A stretch of DNA of 64,000 bases from Octopus vulgaris (GCA_951406725.2 OX597830.1:14818001-14882000); one strand, 5' to 3'; positions 26,869 to 41,887 are shown, counted from the stretch's first letter. Notes: generated from the letters alone by a model not told the origin. Translations and numbers: made by a program.

Positions 26869-26968
26869 TGTAGTAGTAGTAGTAGTAGTAGTAGTAATAG
26901 TGGTGGTGGTGGTGGTGGTGGTATTGGTGGTGGTGGTGGTGGTGGTGATGATGATGATGATGATGATG
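26787..26968. repeat. (AGT)n(GGT)n(GAT)n compound microsatellite
   Basis: Direct inspection. Confidence 0.95.
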
Positions 26969-27261
26969 GTTTCGGCAACAGCAGTTGCAGTGCTAAGATG
27001 ATGGGTGATGAAATCAGTGGTTTATTAATTACGCATTGAACTCTTTTGTTATGTTCCCTTAATTCTGAAATTTTGCCGAAGACAATTCAATGTTTCATCA
27101 GTTAGAAATTGGTAAAAACAAGGATCATTAAAATAGAGGTATTGATCTAATCGACTCTATCTATCTAAGCCTCTGATATGAAAAATATGCTGTGTATTGT
27201 GGAATTACGAGTACCTGTGTTTGTAGATCATTCCTAACTTTGTTATGTTTATGGATATTAA

Positions 27262-27462
27262 AGCGGTGAGCTGGCAGAGTCGTTAACACGCTACGCAAAA
27301 TGGTTAGTGACCTCTCGTCTGTCTTTACACTCTGGGTTTGACTTCACCGTTCAACATTTCGAGGTCGATAAAATAACTACCAGTTAAGCACTAAGGTCGG
27401 TTCAATCGACTTACCCACTCTCTCGAAATTGCTGACCTTGTGCCAAAATTTGAAATCAGTAT
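27262..27462 (+). mobile_element. SINE family 1
   Basis: gcggtgagctggcagagtcgttaacacg...ccttgtgccaaaatttgaaatc. Confidence 0.8.
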
Positions 27463-29220
27463 TTATGAATACCGTTCAATTTCTAATGTATTTTCAGCTA
27501 TGAAAATGTTCTTACATTTCTAAATTAACTAATTTGCACGCTGTAACCTTCTTCTTATCAATAATTACATTTTCACACCCGTAATTTAAGAATAAAATTA
27601 CTTTTGTAAAGCTGATTGAAAATAAACTTGAGAATTCTAATAAAATCGTTACAAAATGTAAAGCATTTTATTCTCGAAAACTATTGTTGATTTGCTTATT
27701 TGTAATGATTTCGTTCGGGAAAAAAACTAAATGCTAAAAATCGTTACAAAATCAACTTCCTTTACAGATAAATGACTTTAAGTTGTAATAATTAATCATA
27801 AAAGCTATATAATTACCCAGCAAAAGCATACCTTTGTAAGATTATCAAAAGAAACAATTCTGAAAGAAAGTGACAGAAATAAAGAGCAGCGCTTTTTAAC
27901 AAATCCTTTTGTTTCATTGAGTTGCATTTGACAACTTCCAATGTCATTGCTATTAGCTTTTGTTCCTCTACTAATTCGAAGTTTTGTGCCTTTTTTGTTG
28001 TTGTTATTGCTGTTGTTGCTTCTGTTTTATTTTTATTTTTTTCTGCTGAATTTATTCATCAAAACTATCGGCTAAAATAAAAATAACGAACTCATTTATC
28101 AAAAATATATACTCTCATCATCACCAAAGTTACTAACCTTTCGTAAAATTTCCAAGAAGTATCATCGAAGTCAGTCGCTGATCTTTCTCATCCACTATTG
28201 CTTCTTTGCTTTGTTAAACTGATGCTCTTTTCACAGACCAGTTCAACGAACAAAATAAAAGATTCAATTTAATTAGATTATTTTTTATATTTTTCTAATC
28301 ACGATTTCAAATTCGAAAATAACACTCATACAAAGCTTGGCTTGTAATGCAATAATAGGCTGATTGCTTCATACCGGAAGCGAATGTTTGTTTCACATCA
28401 ATACAACGTTAACAAAAGCAGTCTGTCATGACAAGAGGAAGGGGATATTTTATCTAATTTCAAATTAATTTTTTTTAACGTGACCAAGAGAGGAAGACGT
28501 CCCAAATTTGTAAATCCTCTTGCTGCTTTCAGATAGCAAACCTATGTAAATCGTACGCAGTTACAGAATGAAAACCATGTAGGCCCGAAGGTTAGATATT
28601 TCCGAGAAGTGTATTCCTATTATATTCTATTGCTCAGCCAACACACGACTGAAATACATCTTAAACACTTTATAGCAATATTAACAACAATTTTAATTTC
28701 TTAATACTTCTTGGATCACGCTTTGTGCCCTAGAGATAAAATAATGTACTAGAATAGTGTTTTATTACTTCAATATTCATTTAATGCTCTCAATTAGACA
28801 ATAATGGCCCACTGAATATGAGATGAATTTTTATTAATATTTTATTTACATCTAATCTCCTTAATGTCAAGAGAATCAAAGCGGTTAAATTCTTCAGTAT
28901 TTCTATACAGCTATTTGTAACTTGTGTTGCACCAGAACAGATCTGACGTTCCGCTACACTAACTACTTTCATTCAAAGAACACGCCATTAAAAGTAAATC
29001 ACTAGACTTTATAACTTAAAATGACCTCTGGTCATTAACATCAACCTTCGACGAAGAGCCGGCCATAATCGAAACGCCACAACTCAATTCACCTTACGAC
29101 ACAGGGACTTAATCAATTACATCAACACTATTCAGTTCCTATTACAGGGGTATTATTCACTAGTTTCGTTGCTAGTGTACTAGCTGTGTGCGCGTTTGTG
29201 TGTTTGTGTGTGTGTGAAAG

Positions 29221-29260
<40 letters not shown>

Positions 29261-30084
29261 TGTGTACTAGCTATGTGTGTTTTCATGTTGGTGCGTTTGT
29301 GTGTACTGTGAAAGAAAGACAGAGAAAGAGTACAGTCACATGTGTGTTATGATGGCGGAGTGGTGAGGATGGTGGTGGAGATGGTGGTTGTGTGTGTGTG
29401 TGTTTGTGTGTGTACATCAGTATGAACTGTGTGTTTGCAAGTTGCTTACTAATTAGTACCTAATTTGAAAAAATTATATTTATAATACACAACATTTATA
29501 AGATATTAACAAATACTATTATATTTATAAAGGCTATAGAATATAACCATTAACGACCAACATTAGTCTTTTTGTAGTTAGGTACAAAGGCCTCAACATA
29601 ATGAATCAATGAAAATGAGTTACTATGGCATTCATGCCTTTCTCTGTAGCATTAATTAGCGCCGTGAAATTGAGTGAAGTGGCAACAGCCAGGAATCGAC
29701 GGAAGACAAATTAATTATTATTCTGCCGTTCAAATATCTTCACACACACACACACATACACACACACATATATACTCACGCACGCACACACATACACATG
29801 CACACATATACATACACATGCACAGACGTACACGCACACATGCACACAATAATTCTGAATATCAAACACACGCAAGTCCAAACGCTCTGTGCCACACAGA
29901 TACTAATTTTACACTTACTACCGCAGCCTTACTCTTTAACAAAAGGCACACACAAGCATGATGGCGGCCCCCAAAACTCACACATTCGCATACTTACACT
30001 CACAAATGCATACATACTACATACACTTACACAATGTTTCAAAATATTGATTATTTTTATGAGTAATGTTTTCAAAATGCCCCA

Positions 30085-30131
30085 AATAGTAATAATAATA
30101 ATGATAATAATAACAATCATTATTATTATCA

Positions 30132-30168
<37 letters not shown>

Positions 30169-30202
30169 TATTATTATTATTGTTGTTGTTGTTATTATTA
30201 TT

Positions 30203-30237
<35 letters not shown>

Positions 30238-30328
30238 TGTTGTTGTTGTTATTATTATTATTATCATTATCATTATTATTATTATTATCATCATGATTAT
30301 TATTATTGTTATTTTTATTATTATTATG

Positions 30329-30405
<77 letters not shown>

Positions 30406-30443
30406 TATTATTATTATTATTATTATTATCATTATTATTATTA

Positions 30444-30475
<32 letters not shown>

Positions 30476-30476
30476 T
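30085..30476. repeat. (ATT)n microsatellite, ~390 bp
   Basis: Direct inspection. Confidence 0.95.
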
Positions 30477-31181
30477 AGAAAGAAGCCAATATTTGGCAGA
30501 AAGAAACTATTATTATTATTTCCCAGGCATTTCCTTTTTTATTCATTTTTTAGTGTCACTTGGGGCTAGAAAATATTGCGTTTTAAGCAACAATCGCAGA
30601 CACTAAACGAATTCAAAACAGTAAGGCCGCAACCTTCTGTTAGAACCAGTTTTAAAGACCAACAGAAATACCGATTATTTCTACTGATTTTCTTTCGTTT
30701 ACAAACTTCCTCAAGCCAACAATAAAACTGATTTTATTTCGAGTTTTATTTTGAGGTGATGGAGGAGGGGGGTATTCCTCGCCCCTTCTTTTCTTCCATT
30801 CTGATGGTGAAGAATAATCATTCAATGGAAGTTGTGATTTGTGATTTTTGCTTCTGTATAGACTCTATATCAACTGATTTAAAAGAGAATTAAAGAGAAA
30901 TAAGCGAGTCGGTGGGTGAGATGATAGGATCCAATAATTTTGCATTCAAACATTTATTGTCGAGGAAAGTGTTTTTGTGTTGTATTGCGAGGTTTAGAAA
31001 TGATTTTATTCCTGTCTGGATAGGATCAAAGTTGTTTGCAAAATGTATGATAGCATAGAGATAGGAATAAACTGAGGAGAGTAGCAATATCGAGGTTGAA
31101 ACCCAAAGACAGACAAGACTCAACAAAGAGAACCATTTTGAGCTTTTATATTTAAAAAGAAACAGAATATTTAAGCACAAT

Positions 31182-31219
<38 letters not shown>

Positions 31220-31556
31220 TACACACACACTCTCTCTCTCACATGAATTCTGGTATGGAACAATACAATAAATATAATAGCATTTACATTTACATTTAAG
31301 ATTAAGCTACAATCTACACGCAGACAATTATATAAACATATGTTCTTTTTATATGTGTATGTGTATGTGTGTGTGTGTGTGTAGTCCACAGATGAGATCC
31401 ATAGGTTCTCCGTGTAGACGACACATAGTAATGCCCCACCTTTTGCTTTCTCTTGTTTACATGTAAACAAATATATATATTTTATATTTCATACCCAAAC
31501 TATTAAATTTAGTGTATTTAATGTATCTAATTTGTTTATCCGTATAATTGTTTTTC

Positions 31557-31609
<53 letters not shown>

Positions 31610-31635
31610 ATATATACATATTTATTTATATATAT

Positions 31636-31770
31636 TTCCACCTCGGCATCCGAAACTCAGAGTTTTAACTTGGCTACTGAATAATTGTCACATATTATTT
31701 TACAGATAAATTTCCTCTATTTACATAATATTGGGGTCCCTTTCTTTCTTTTGTTATCTTACCGTTTTTA

Positions 31771-31772
<2 letters not shown>
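31636..31772 (+). mobile_element. Repeat family A, 5'-truncated within the HHR
   Basis: ttccacctcggcatccgaaactcagagtttt... matches 9998-10125. Confidence 0.8.
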
Positions 31773-31805
<33 letters not shown>

Positions 31806-31807
<2 letters not shown>

Positions 31808-32056
31808 AGTGTTTCTCAATCGGGGTCCACATGGCCCTTGCGGGGCCCATATAAGACTTAGTTGTTAAAATTTAACTGCAATAAGTGGGTTACACTTCTA
31901 TAATGCACAAAATGCTTTAACAATTTGTTTTTAAAACAATTCCTAATAATATTTGATTATAAAAATAGGATCTTTTAAGCATAGAATGGCTATGGGGGTC
32001 CACCAGAGTAAAATAGGAATCCAAAGAGTCTATAGGTTAAAATTGATTGAGAACCA

Positions 32057-32059
<3 letters not shown>
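31806..32059. mobile_element. hAT MITE (~254 bp), uninterrupted, opposite orientation to 6471-7298
   Basis: Ends caagtgtttctcaat / attgagaaccactg; agagtaaaataggaatcca is the reverse complement of tggattcctattttactct near 6516. Confidence 0.8.
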
Positions 32060-32112
<53 letters not shown>

Positions 32113-32222
32113 ATAATTTTGATATATATTTAAAATAATATAAATTAATTAATCTTATGTATTGGCTTAAGTTTTTCATTGTATGATTTGCCTAATAGTG
32201 GTTTTATCTCTAATTTCATATA

Positions 32223-32279
<57 letters not shown>

Positions 32280-33521
32280 CACCCACTTCCTGTTTTGACA
32301 CACTTTCACCCAAAGCTCTTATACTAATCACTATATTTAAACACATGCGTCCTAATCCTCCAAAGAAGTTTTTCCAAGGACTATTATTGAACTCTAAAAG
32401 CATAAACACTCTACAATGTATTCGTATATTTATTTATTATTTTTTGTATATATGTATTATTATTTAAAAAAAAAAACATTGTAAATTTCTTTTTTCCCCT
32501 TTCTCAATTTTAAAAAAATTTCTTTTCCCCTTCCAAATCTTGAAAATTTGCTTTACAATGGAAACCGTTTTGATCTATTATTTTTTTGTTTTTTAATTGT
32601 CCATACACCCATTTTTATTAAAATTTACTTTCAATTTAGCATTCTGCCTTAAAATTTTTCCTGTCCTACCAATTCTCCACGTGCGGTTAACACAACCTTA
32701 CCATTTACTGATTTATATATACATATATATATATATGTATATATACATATATGTATGTATGTATATATGTATATATATATGAATGTTTATAATCTTGCAT
32801 ATAAGCCAAGAGAAACATGTCTTGACCAAAGCTCATTAACAGCACATCAGACATTAACGTATATTATCCGATCAAAGAACAATAGACAGCTTGTTTCATC
32901 ATTGGTATTGAGAACGGGTTCGTGAAACAACTGACGTCTTTCATTTAATGGAAAAGCAAAATAGGCTCATGAACAACCAGCAACGATTCATCATGCTTAA
33001 ATGTATTAATTTGCAATTGCCTCTGTTTTAGGACCTTGTGTGCTCTTTGAAGTCCTTTTATAAACTATATATGATTTCCTAAGAAGAGAGATATGCTGAA
33101 AATTATAATTTAAAAGTAAGATAACAACTGAAATGAAATTAATATACTATAATCGTAAATCTTAACCCAAATCTTAAAAAACTTACCCTAATCCAAAAAC
33201 TCAAACCCTAAATACAAGCTGAAATATTTCATTGAAGATTGAAATCTGGGTTTGATGCAACTAATTATTTTTTTTAAATATAAGAATTTCTACATGAGTC
33301 GAAAATGTCACTAGTTGTTATGTACTCTGAAATGAATAGTTTAAGAACTGCTATATTCTTTAAAAATGTGATTTATATCATTTATGACAATAAAGAAATT
33401 CCACCCCCAGCCATATCATAAAAACTAAAAATGTTAGATGGGTGGTTTTCATATCGCATAATTTTGCCAAAATACATTGTTTAATTAATATAATGATTAT
33501 TTAAAATATTACAGCTTAGTG

Positions 33522-33695
33522 TAAGGCGGTGAGCATTTTGTCCGTCTCTACGTTTTAAGCTCAAATTCCACCGAGGTCGACTTCTCCTTTTATCCTTTCG
33601 GGGTCGATAAAATAAGTACCATTTGAACACCGAAATCGATGTAATCCCCACCCTCCAAATTGCTGGACTTGTGCTGAAATTTGAAGTCAATATTA
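33522..33695 (+). mobile_element. SINE family 1
   Basis: ccgaggtcgacttctccttttatcctttcggggtcgataaaataagtacca core. Confidence 0.8.
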
Positions 33696-35695
33696 TCGTT
33701 TAATATATAGGCCTTCACTGGTTAAGAAATATGTTTTCAAATTATTCTACCCGGTACAACATTAAAAGCAATTAAAATAAATTAAGGTAAATAAGTTGTT
33801 AAAAATAAGAAATCCTGTCACTACGACGTGGCGAAGTAGAGATTTTTAGTCTATAATTAAGAATGGAAAAGCTTATATGTCGGTTTTTTTCCTTCAATTT
33901 TTCGTACAGCATATAAGTGTATAGAGGCAAAGATAGAGCAGTATGTATGGCTAAGAAGTTTTCTTAGCTATCCTTCTATTCCAAGTTCCATCACATTTTG
34001 CGACACTTAGTGCAAATGTATAATGAACAAGGAACCATCATGTAGTTATTCAATCTGTGAGAAACGAGCCCGTTCACAGTCGCACTGCATGCTGAAAACA
34101 ACAGGCAACTCTCCATATGATTCGCATCACATATTTGTAGCTTATATGAATAACTTGTTGATATTTATATTTCAGAGTAATTGATATCTTTTATTGTTAC
34201 AATCACTCATACTTCTCAATAGATCGATCGAATAATGCCTACTTTATCAAAGTTTAGTTACTTATTCTTGCTTGTTGTTGTTGTAGTTGCTAGTGGTGGT
34301 GGTGATGGTGTTGTTATTGTCGTTGTTTCTTAGAACCAGTTCATTTATGATCCAATAGATTTATGACTGAAGATATAACAGTTTTGACCGATATTCTGTC
34401 GCAGTAATGTATCTAGGACTACAAGATTCAATTCATCCTTACTCTCTACAACGAAATATTTGCCAGGAATATTTGGCTGTTGCCCTTCAACGATTGAACG
34501 ATTTTGTAAAGGCACCGATTATTAGCTTGTCGCAGTTCAGGTTATATTTCACGGTGTAGCAGAGCAAGATAATTTTTTCCTTCAATTCTTAAAGAAAAAT
34601 AGAAACCTCAAATAATTTTATACGGGCAAGTGACAAGCTGTGTAATTAAAATGTTTGCATCACAACCTTTTGATTACGCATCCGATGACACACGGATGCG
34701 GCATCTTGGATTGTTGCAGACATGTGTCGTCCGACGATATATGAATGGGATATTTAAGCCGAGACTGTGCGGAAGCCCGTTGCCCACATATATTGATGTC
34801 TCTGTGTGTTTGTGTCTGTTTGCATGTGTGTGAGTTGTGATGTGTATATGTGTGTGTATGTGTGTTTGTTCCTTCTCGAGCCATGCCTGGCTCATAAAGG
34901 CCGGTTTCCCGGTTTCTTGGCGTATAGGTTCCCCACCTGGACGGCACGCCGGTCCGTCGCAGGGTCTGTATGTGTGAACAGTTCTAGATAATGAAACGGT
35001 CTTATGCAACTCTTAAGAAGTCATAAGAAAGAACGTTCGATGGAGGCCACAGCAAGAAGTTCTTCATGGAATATTTCCAGCTACCCAGAGATAAAAACCT
35101 ATAAATATCTCCCTTACCCATTTTCACTCAGCCTCACTTAGTCATTTTTTCTCTGTTATATATAGTAATGTTTTACATGAAGCATATGAAATACCTTCTC
35201 TATATCATTCGACCCAAAACTTTTGTAATCATTATTGTGAGCAGAGAATTCGTCAATTGTAATTAATCTGTGAAATAAGTAAGGATATTCCTAATTGTTA
35301 TTACAAATCGGATCAGGTAAAATGGCAGTGATAAGCGTCTTCGGTTTATATAGTACATACATACAACAAAAGAATTACATATACAAAAAGCACCTAAATC
35401 CTTTGCTAAATGATATAGAAAATACATAGTCATTCATCAGCCAGACTAAGAAAAACAGGAAGTTCGCAGTCATCAGATAACTGGTCCTTAAAGAATTCCA
35501 ACACGCCCTTCAGTATTGCAAGGAGCACAGTTAACTGCCAAGCCCTACAACTATAGCAAACAGCATTGCCAACTCACCGTATCAGTTTCATATTTGCCGA
35601 TTTCCTTCATATCAAAATTACTCAACTAACACTCCTAATTAATTTCCGGACCAAAATACTATATTCAGAAGCATAACATATCTTAAACAAACTTC

Positions 35696-36335
35696 GGTGC
35701 AGGTGTGGCTGTGTGGTAAGAAGTTTGCTACCCAACCTCATGGTTCTGGGTTCACTCTTACTGTCTGACACCGTGTCTGACTCTTTGGGCAGACCAAAGA
35801 CTTAATGGTAGATTTAAATGACCGAATTTGAAAGAAGCCAGTCCTATATATACATATATATATTATAGGGGTAAAATATGAAAAATCAACGAAAATGCAC
35901 ATTGTAAATAAAAAAAAAGGCTTTTTATGACAGGTAACGACAAATATATACATTTAGATTGACTGAGGTAGTAATAAAAGTAATTATTATGAAATGATTA
36001 TAAAGTCAGAAAACAAAGCGTACCATGGTTTCCGCAAAACTATTCATCGCTTTGAAAACACCGGCTAATACACGGTGTCAGGTCTAATAGTTCCTGAGAA
36101 AAAAGATTTGTAACATATTTCTACTATATATATATATACGTGTGTGTGTGTTTGCTTTTGTGTCTGTGTTTGACCCCATCACCACCTGACACCCGGTATT
36201 TGTGTGTTTACGTCCCACTAGTATAGCAGTTCGGCAAAACAGACCGATAGAATAAGTACGAAGCTTTAAATGAAAATAAATAGTGAGGTCGATTCATTCG
36301 ACTAACGTTCTTCCAGGCAGTGTACCAGCTTGGCC
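35696..36335 (+). mobile_element. SINE family 2: head 35696-35846 and 3' half 36140-36335, separated by an insertion in the TA tract
   Basis: gtggctgtgtggtaagaagtttgct... and gttcggcaaaacagaccgatagaataagtac. Confidence 0.7.
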
Positions 36336-36652
36336 ACAAAAAACGATACTATATTCACAAAGGGATACGCAGTTGCCCCAAAATATCCGTAAACAAAGCC
36401 AACACGAGTCAAGGTAACAAAACATTTGACAGCCACTTTATACACCTTCCATAATTTAGAAAGATATATTAATAGAACATTTTATATCATAATCTGCATT
36501 ATTACACGCCGTTATTTCGATCACAGACGATAAATTTTGGCGCAAACATTTCATAAATACATGTATGTTCGATATCTTCATCTCCTTAATATGTAGGAGA
36601 TGTACAAATTTATGCGCATATGCATAGGTGAATTAATACGCTAATATCTCAC

Positions 36653-36709
<57 letters not shown>

Positions 36710-36714
<5 letters not shown>

Positions 36715-36908
36715 TAAATTAGAGACAAAACCACTATTAGGCAAATCATACAATGAAAAACTTAAGCCAATACATAAGATTATTTAATTTATATTATTTA
36801 AATATATAACAAAATTATTAAAAAAATATAATTAATATATCACTACAATCGTTTCATGGCTGTTAATTTCTTTAAATTTTCAAGTCACAGTCATTCATCA
36901 GGTGGTTT
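36710..36908 (-). mobile_element. Repeat family E (putative PLE pseudo-LTR) with canonical-core HHR at 36841-36904; partial copy at 32105-32222
   Basis: Minus strand cac-CTGATGA-atgactgt..acagccat-GAAA-cgattg-TA-gtg. Confidence 0.72.
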
Positions 36909-37409
36909 AAATATTTTTGGGGCAACTGCGTATCCCTTTGTGAAAATAGTATCTTTTCTTTTGGCCAAGCTGAGGCACTGCCTCGAAGAACGTTAGTCGA
37001 ATGAATCGATCTCAGTATTATTTTCATTTAAAGCTTCGTACTTATTCTATCGGTCTGTTTTGCCGAACTGTTATACTAGAGGGACGTAAACACACAAATA
37101 CCGGATGTCAGGCGGTGATAGGGGAAAACAGACACAATTATGGAAGGTGTATAAAGTGTCTGTCAAAGTTAGTTCATTGTTCAAACATAGTGAGATATTA
37201 GCGTATAATATAATATTTTACTATAAAATTGGATTCAATCCTAAATCTGATTTTTCCCTGTAAGTTTGGATTTATTCCCTAATATTTATTATTATTATAT
37301 ATATATATATATACCTCTAATATAGGATAGAATTTTTCGAAAAAAATTCCATCAATGACCAGCATATTAAAAAATACCTTTAAAGGCTTACTTATAAATT
37401 GTATATATA

Positions 37410-38010
37410 CATATACAATTCAAATAAGTTATCATTATCTATTAAAATAATGATAAAGTGGCCAGGAAACATAATCGAAATATACAAAATATATAATAAA
37501 AAGTCAGGGTACAATGTGCTTGAAATAGGAGTTAAAACCTTCCAAATCCACACATCTCTCACTATATATATATATATGTATACCTCTCTCCTTATACGCG
37601 AACGGAGAAGATAGGAAATATATTTCTACGAAACAGGCCTTCCTCCTGCAAAATACAAATAGTAAAAGACAAACAGGGGCATAGACATCCTAGTATCGGT
37701 TGATTTCGATTTCTGTGTCGAACCAACATTTAAAGCTCAGCAACTAGGCTTACTACGTAAACTACTTCAAAAAACATAATTAACTTCCGTGCGCGTTGTT
37801 CGGCTGAAGGCCCCGCGACTGCCAAACAAACATTAGTGAACAAGTATAAATTCAAAATTCAAGTAAGTTATCATTTTCTATAAAAATGATGATAACGTGG
37901 CAATTAAGCATAATACAAATATGCAAAATATATAATAAGTCAGGGTGCAATATGCTTGAAAGAGGAGTTAAAACCCTCAAAAATCACGCATCTCTCACTA
38001 TATGTAAACA
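37410..38010 (-). mobile_element. Tandem ~155-bp direct repeat (37415-37565 / 37855-38002) with a degenerate HHR between; probable tandem PLE pseudo-LTR
   Basis: Repeat seen directly; minus strand 37689-37748 reads cctag-TTGCTGA-g..c-GAAA-tcaaccga-TA-ctagg. Confidence 0.55.
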
Positions 38011-38389
38011 CGCACGGAGAATACAGCAAATATATATATGTATGAATTTATGTATGTTAAGGATATTGACTGGACAGGTGGTGTGCTACGACCACACCTC
38101 TGAATTGCAGTTGACTTTGTATTCATTCCCGGAAATACAGGTAAATTGCAAACCATGCTGACAGAGACGGACACCCATAGCTCAGTAGCAGGCCTTAAAA
38201 TGAGCCCCATAAAGATTAAAATACATCCGATGACGTAGCGCAAAAACGAAAAGAGGTGGGAAAGAATGAAATTGTTGGGGTAAAGAATATGCTTACTTGG
38301 AGCAGAAAGGGAATATGCGCAGAGATATGAATGCTGAAATCTGGAAGAAAATAAGGGCAAAATGACATGCGTTTTCCTCAATAAAGGAC

Positions 38390-38815
38390 AAGACAATACG
38401 TACCAGAATCGCTAATAACATTGTCCTAGTTGAGCTCTTATATACAAGTCAGACTTGGTCTACTACGAAGGGGGAACAACATCAATTGGTTACGACGCAT
38501 AGAGCCATGGAAAGATCCATGCCAGGACTATCATTATGAGAACATGTTCAAAATGAGATTATTCAAGAGCGGAGAGGAGCGATCGATGTAATTGCAGACT
38601 ACCGAAAGCACAAGTTTCGCTTGGCCGAACGCGTCACAAGGTTCATATACAGCGAGGGAACGCCTGCAGTTGCTGAGTTTTATCCAAGAGATCGATAAAG
38701 AACAGCCAGACAGCCTTCATTACAATAAGAAGGCGATTGAGTTAAGCGATTTAGGACATGATTGAGAAAAATAACGCAATCAGTGAACCACAACAACATT
38801 TCGTAGCCTGGCCAG
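38390..38815 (+). mobile_element. RTE-clade LINE 3' end
   Basis: LLYTSQTW...THRAMERSM.GLSL*EHVQNEII...KFRLAERVTR...FYPRDR*RTARQP resembles RTE YGSETW / QRAMERSM / WAGHV.R / GRP motifs. Confidence 0.85.
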
Positions 38816-39292
38816 TGATTGGCTAAGTCCCCTTTTCCTTCCTCTCTTACACTGGTCCCGTAGCTGACCAGTTGCAAATTCTCCGTCTCTCCGTTCTCCA
38901 TTGCTCAAGACATTTTCTAAGCGTTACCCACTATTCGCGTCTCCTTGGCCCCCAAGGCCGGATTTTGTTCGACAGTTCGTCCTTGTTCACTGTCCTAAAT
39001 CATACTCCGTATCGTTTTATTTGTTTTGTTTTGTTTGCTCTCGTCCCTAATTCTTCACCAAAAAAAAAACCCTTTTTTGCGTGCACTGTCAATTGGGAAG
39101 CACTCAGTCTTATCGTTTCAGGTGCGAAGATGAATATTACTAATTGGTCGATAACTGAGGAAGAATTACGGGCTTTCTGTTTTTCTGCCGTTCGTTTTTA
39201 CATTCAGTATACGCTATGGCGTTTGTTTATTTACCAAACAATTTTTAAATCATTTATTAAGTAATGGAACGCAGCACACACCGAATTAACAA

Positions 39293-39335
<43 letters not shown>

Positions 39336-39338
<3 letters not shown>

Positions 39339-39520
39339 AGAGCTTACGAAAAAACAAAAGACAAAGACAGGTGGTGTACAAAACAAACAGATGTATTAGT
39401 ATAACGCTCAGGAATAGAAATTTTTTTTACGTTTCGAGCCAACGCTCTTCTACAGAAAGGGACACAGAAAAACAAGGAGAGAAATAAGGAGAGAAAAAAT
39501 GTGTGTAGTGGCTAACGATC
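39336..39520 (-). mobile_element. Repeat family B with HHR-like motif at ~39425-39458
   Basis: Reverse complement of 7991-8170. Confidence 0.75.
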
Positions 39521-39528
39521 TATCTATC

Positions 39529-39559
<31 letters not shown>

Positions 39560-39562
39560 CTA

Positions 39563-39597
<35 letters not shown>

Positions 39598-40501
39598 TGA
39601 AAAGTTCTTGGTTTGAAGGGTGTCGCAAAAGCCTGGTTGGAGGCCGAACATACTGAGTTCTTTTACAAAGCATAGAAAATCTGAGTGACCGCTGCAATAA
39701 GAGTGTGAATCTGACAGGAATATGTTGATTAAAATCATAATTAACTGCATTTTCCTCCTCCATTTTCTTTTACCCAAATCTAAGAACTTTTCACCAACCC
39801 CTCGTTATATATGATGTTTGTGTTTGTATAATGTGGAATTCCTCAGTATACTTTTAAACCAGTTATTGTTGCTCAGTTATTGTTGCTCAGTTATATATAT
39901 ACACCAAAGTTAGTTACTGCTCATTATATATATACACCAAAGTCTCAAACTGTTGAACTCATTTACATGTTATGTCACAATAGGGCTTTCTTTAGTTCAA
40001 CATCAGCAGAGGAGTTCAATACTCATCGAAACGACTAAATGACCGACATATTGCAGTATGGTAAATAATTCCAGTTTCCTCTCTTATGTCCATTCCAGGT
40101 CCATTCTCCCCGTTCCTTTAACACCGGAAATACACCGACTGTCCCCTAAGACATTGTACACTCTCAGTGATTACATATTTTAGATACTCTTGGGGACATC
40201 GCTCAGAAGAATTCAATGTTTTTCTTCCTATAAATACAGATGAGTATAATAAGCGTATATAAGAATATACGAACATACATATAAACATATATATATATAT
40301 GAGTGTGTGTGTGTTTGTACATTTATGAGAATATCCATACACAGCAACACAGACGTCCACATATACGCGACCAAACGGACGCTTATACGAGCTAAAGGTA
40401 GACTAATATATATATATAGAAGCAGTCTGACAAATAAATACAAAGATAGATCCGCAAATACATATCTAAAGGTGTATATATTTTATGCGTGTGTGTGTGT
40501 T

Positions 40502-40583
<82 letters not shown>

Positions 40584-40748
40584 GGTGCAAACGAGGTGGT
40601 GTGGTAAGAAGCTTACTTCACAACCACATCGTTCCTGGTTCACTTCCACTTTATGGCGCATTGAGTTTGTGAATTCTACCATAGCTTTGTGCCGACCAAA
40701 GCCTTGTGAGTGGATTTGGTAGACAAAAACTGAAAGAAGCACGTTGTA
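40584..40748 (+). mobile_element. SINE family 2 head
   Basis: gtgtggtaagaagctt...gccgaccaaagccttgtgagtggatttggtagac. Confidence 0.75.
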
Positions 40749-40775
40749 TGCATGTATGTGTACTTATATATATAT

Positions 40776-40837
<62 letters not shown>

Positions 40838-41012
40838 ATGTGTGTGTATATTTATATATATATGCATACATATAAACGCACACACCGCACATACATATTC
40901 ACAAAAGCATACACACACACACACACTCATATATATATATATATATATATACGTGTGTGTATAGATGGACAGATAGAGTAATTAAGAGATAAACAGATAG
41001 ATAGATAGATAG

Positions 41013-41072
<60 letters not shown>

Positions 41073-41149
41073 GAGACAGACACATAAATACATTCTCTTT
41101 GATTAGCGAGGAGGCATTATAGGATAATTTTAAATGCATTAATCTTATA

Positions 41150-41259
<110 letters not shown>

Positions 41260-41510
41260 AATACATACATTCATACATATATGCATAAATACATACATAC
41301 ATATATACATATACGCACAAACACACAACGCAGGTCTGATAACGGGCAGAGTCAACGACTTTTAAAAGTTTTAGAAATATTAATAAGATTTAGAAATAAG
41401 TAATAAGGTGCTAAAAGAGAATGACTTTCCTCAGATGTAATATGATTTTAGATATATATATGTGTGTGTGTAGATATATATGTATTACATATATGTATAT
41501 ATATACACGC

Positions 41511-41544
<34 letters not shown>

Positions 41545-41569
41545 CTATATATATACATACGTACACATA

Positions 41570-41707
<138 letters not shown>

Positions 41708-41887
41708 GGTTTGGAGATGATGTACAGGTATTTTTATATTAGAAGAAATGAGGAACTCAGAAATTCGGATGGTTTAATATTTACAGGTATTTATTTGTAT
41801 ATTGCATGTTTTTTATACATCATAAAACTTATATCATATATCATACATATTAGCGCTTTCGTCCATTCGTGTGGATTTTTCAAATTG

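Noticed and set aside
35360-35415. Possible GIY-YIG C-terminal remnant (KELHI/KKHLNPLLN)
   Set aside because: Too short and needs a frameshift
35964-35985. let-7-like tgaggtagta
   Set aside because: Only the first 10 nt match and there is no hairpin partner
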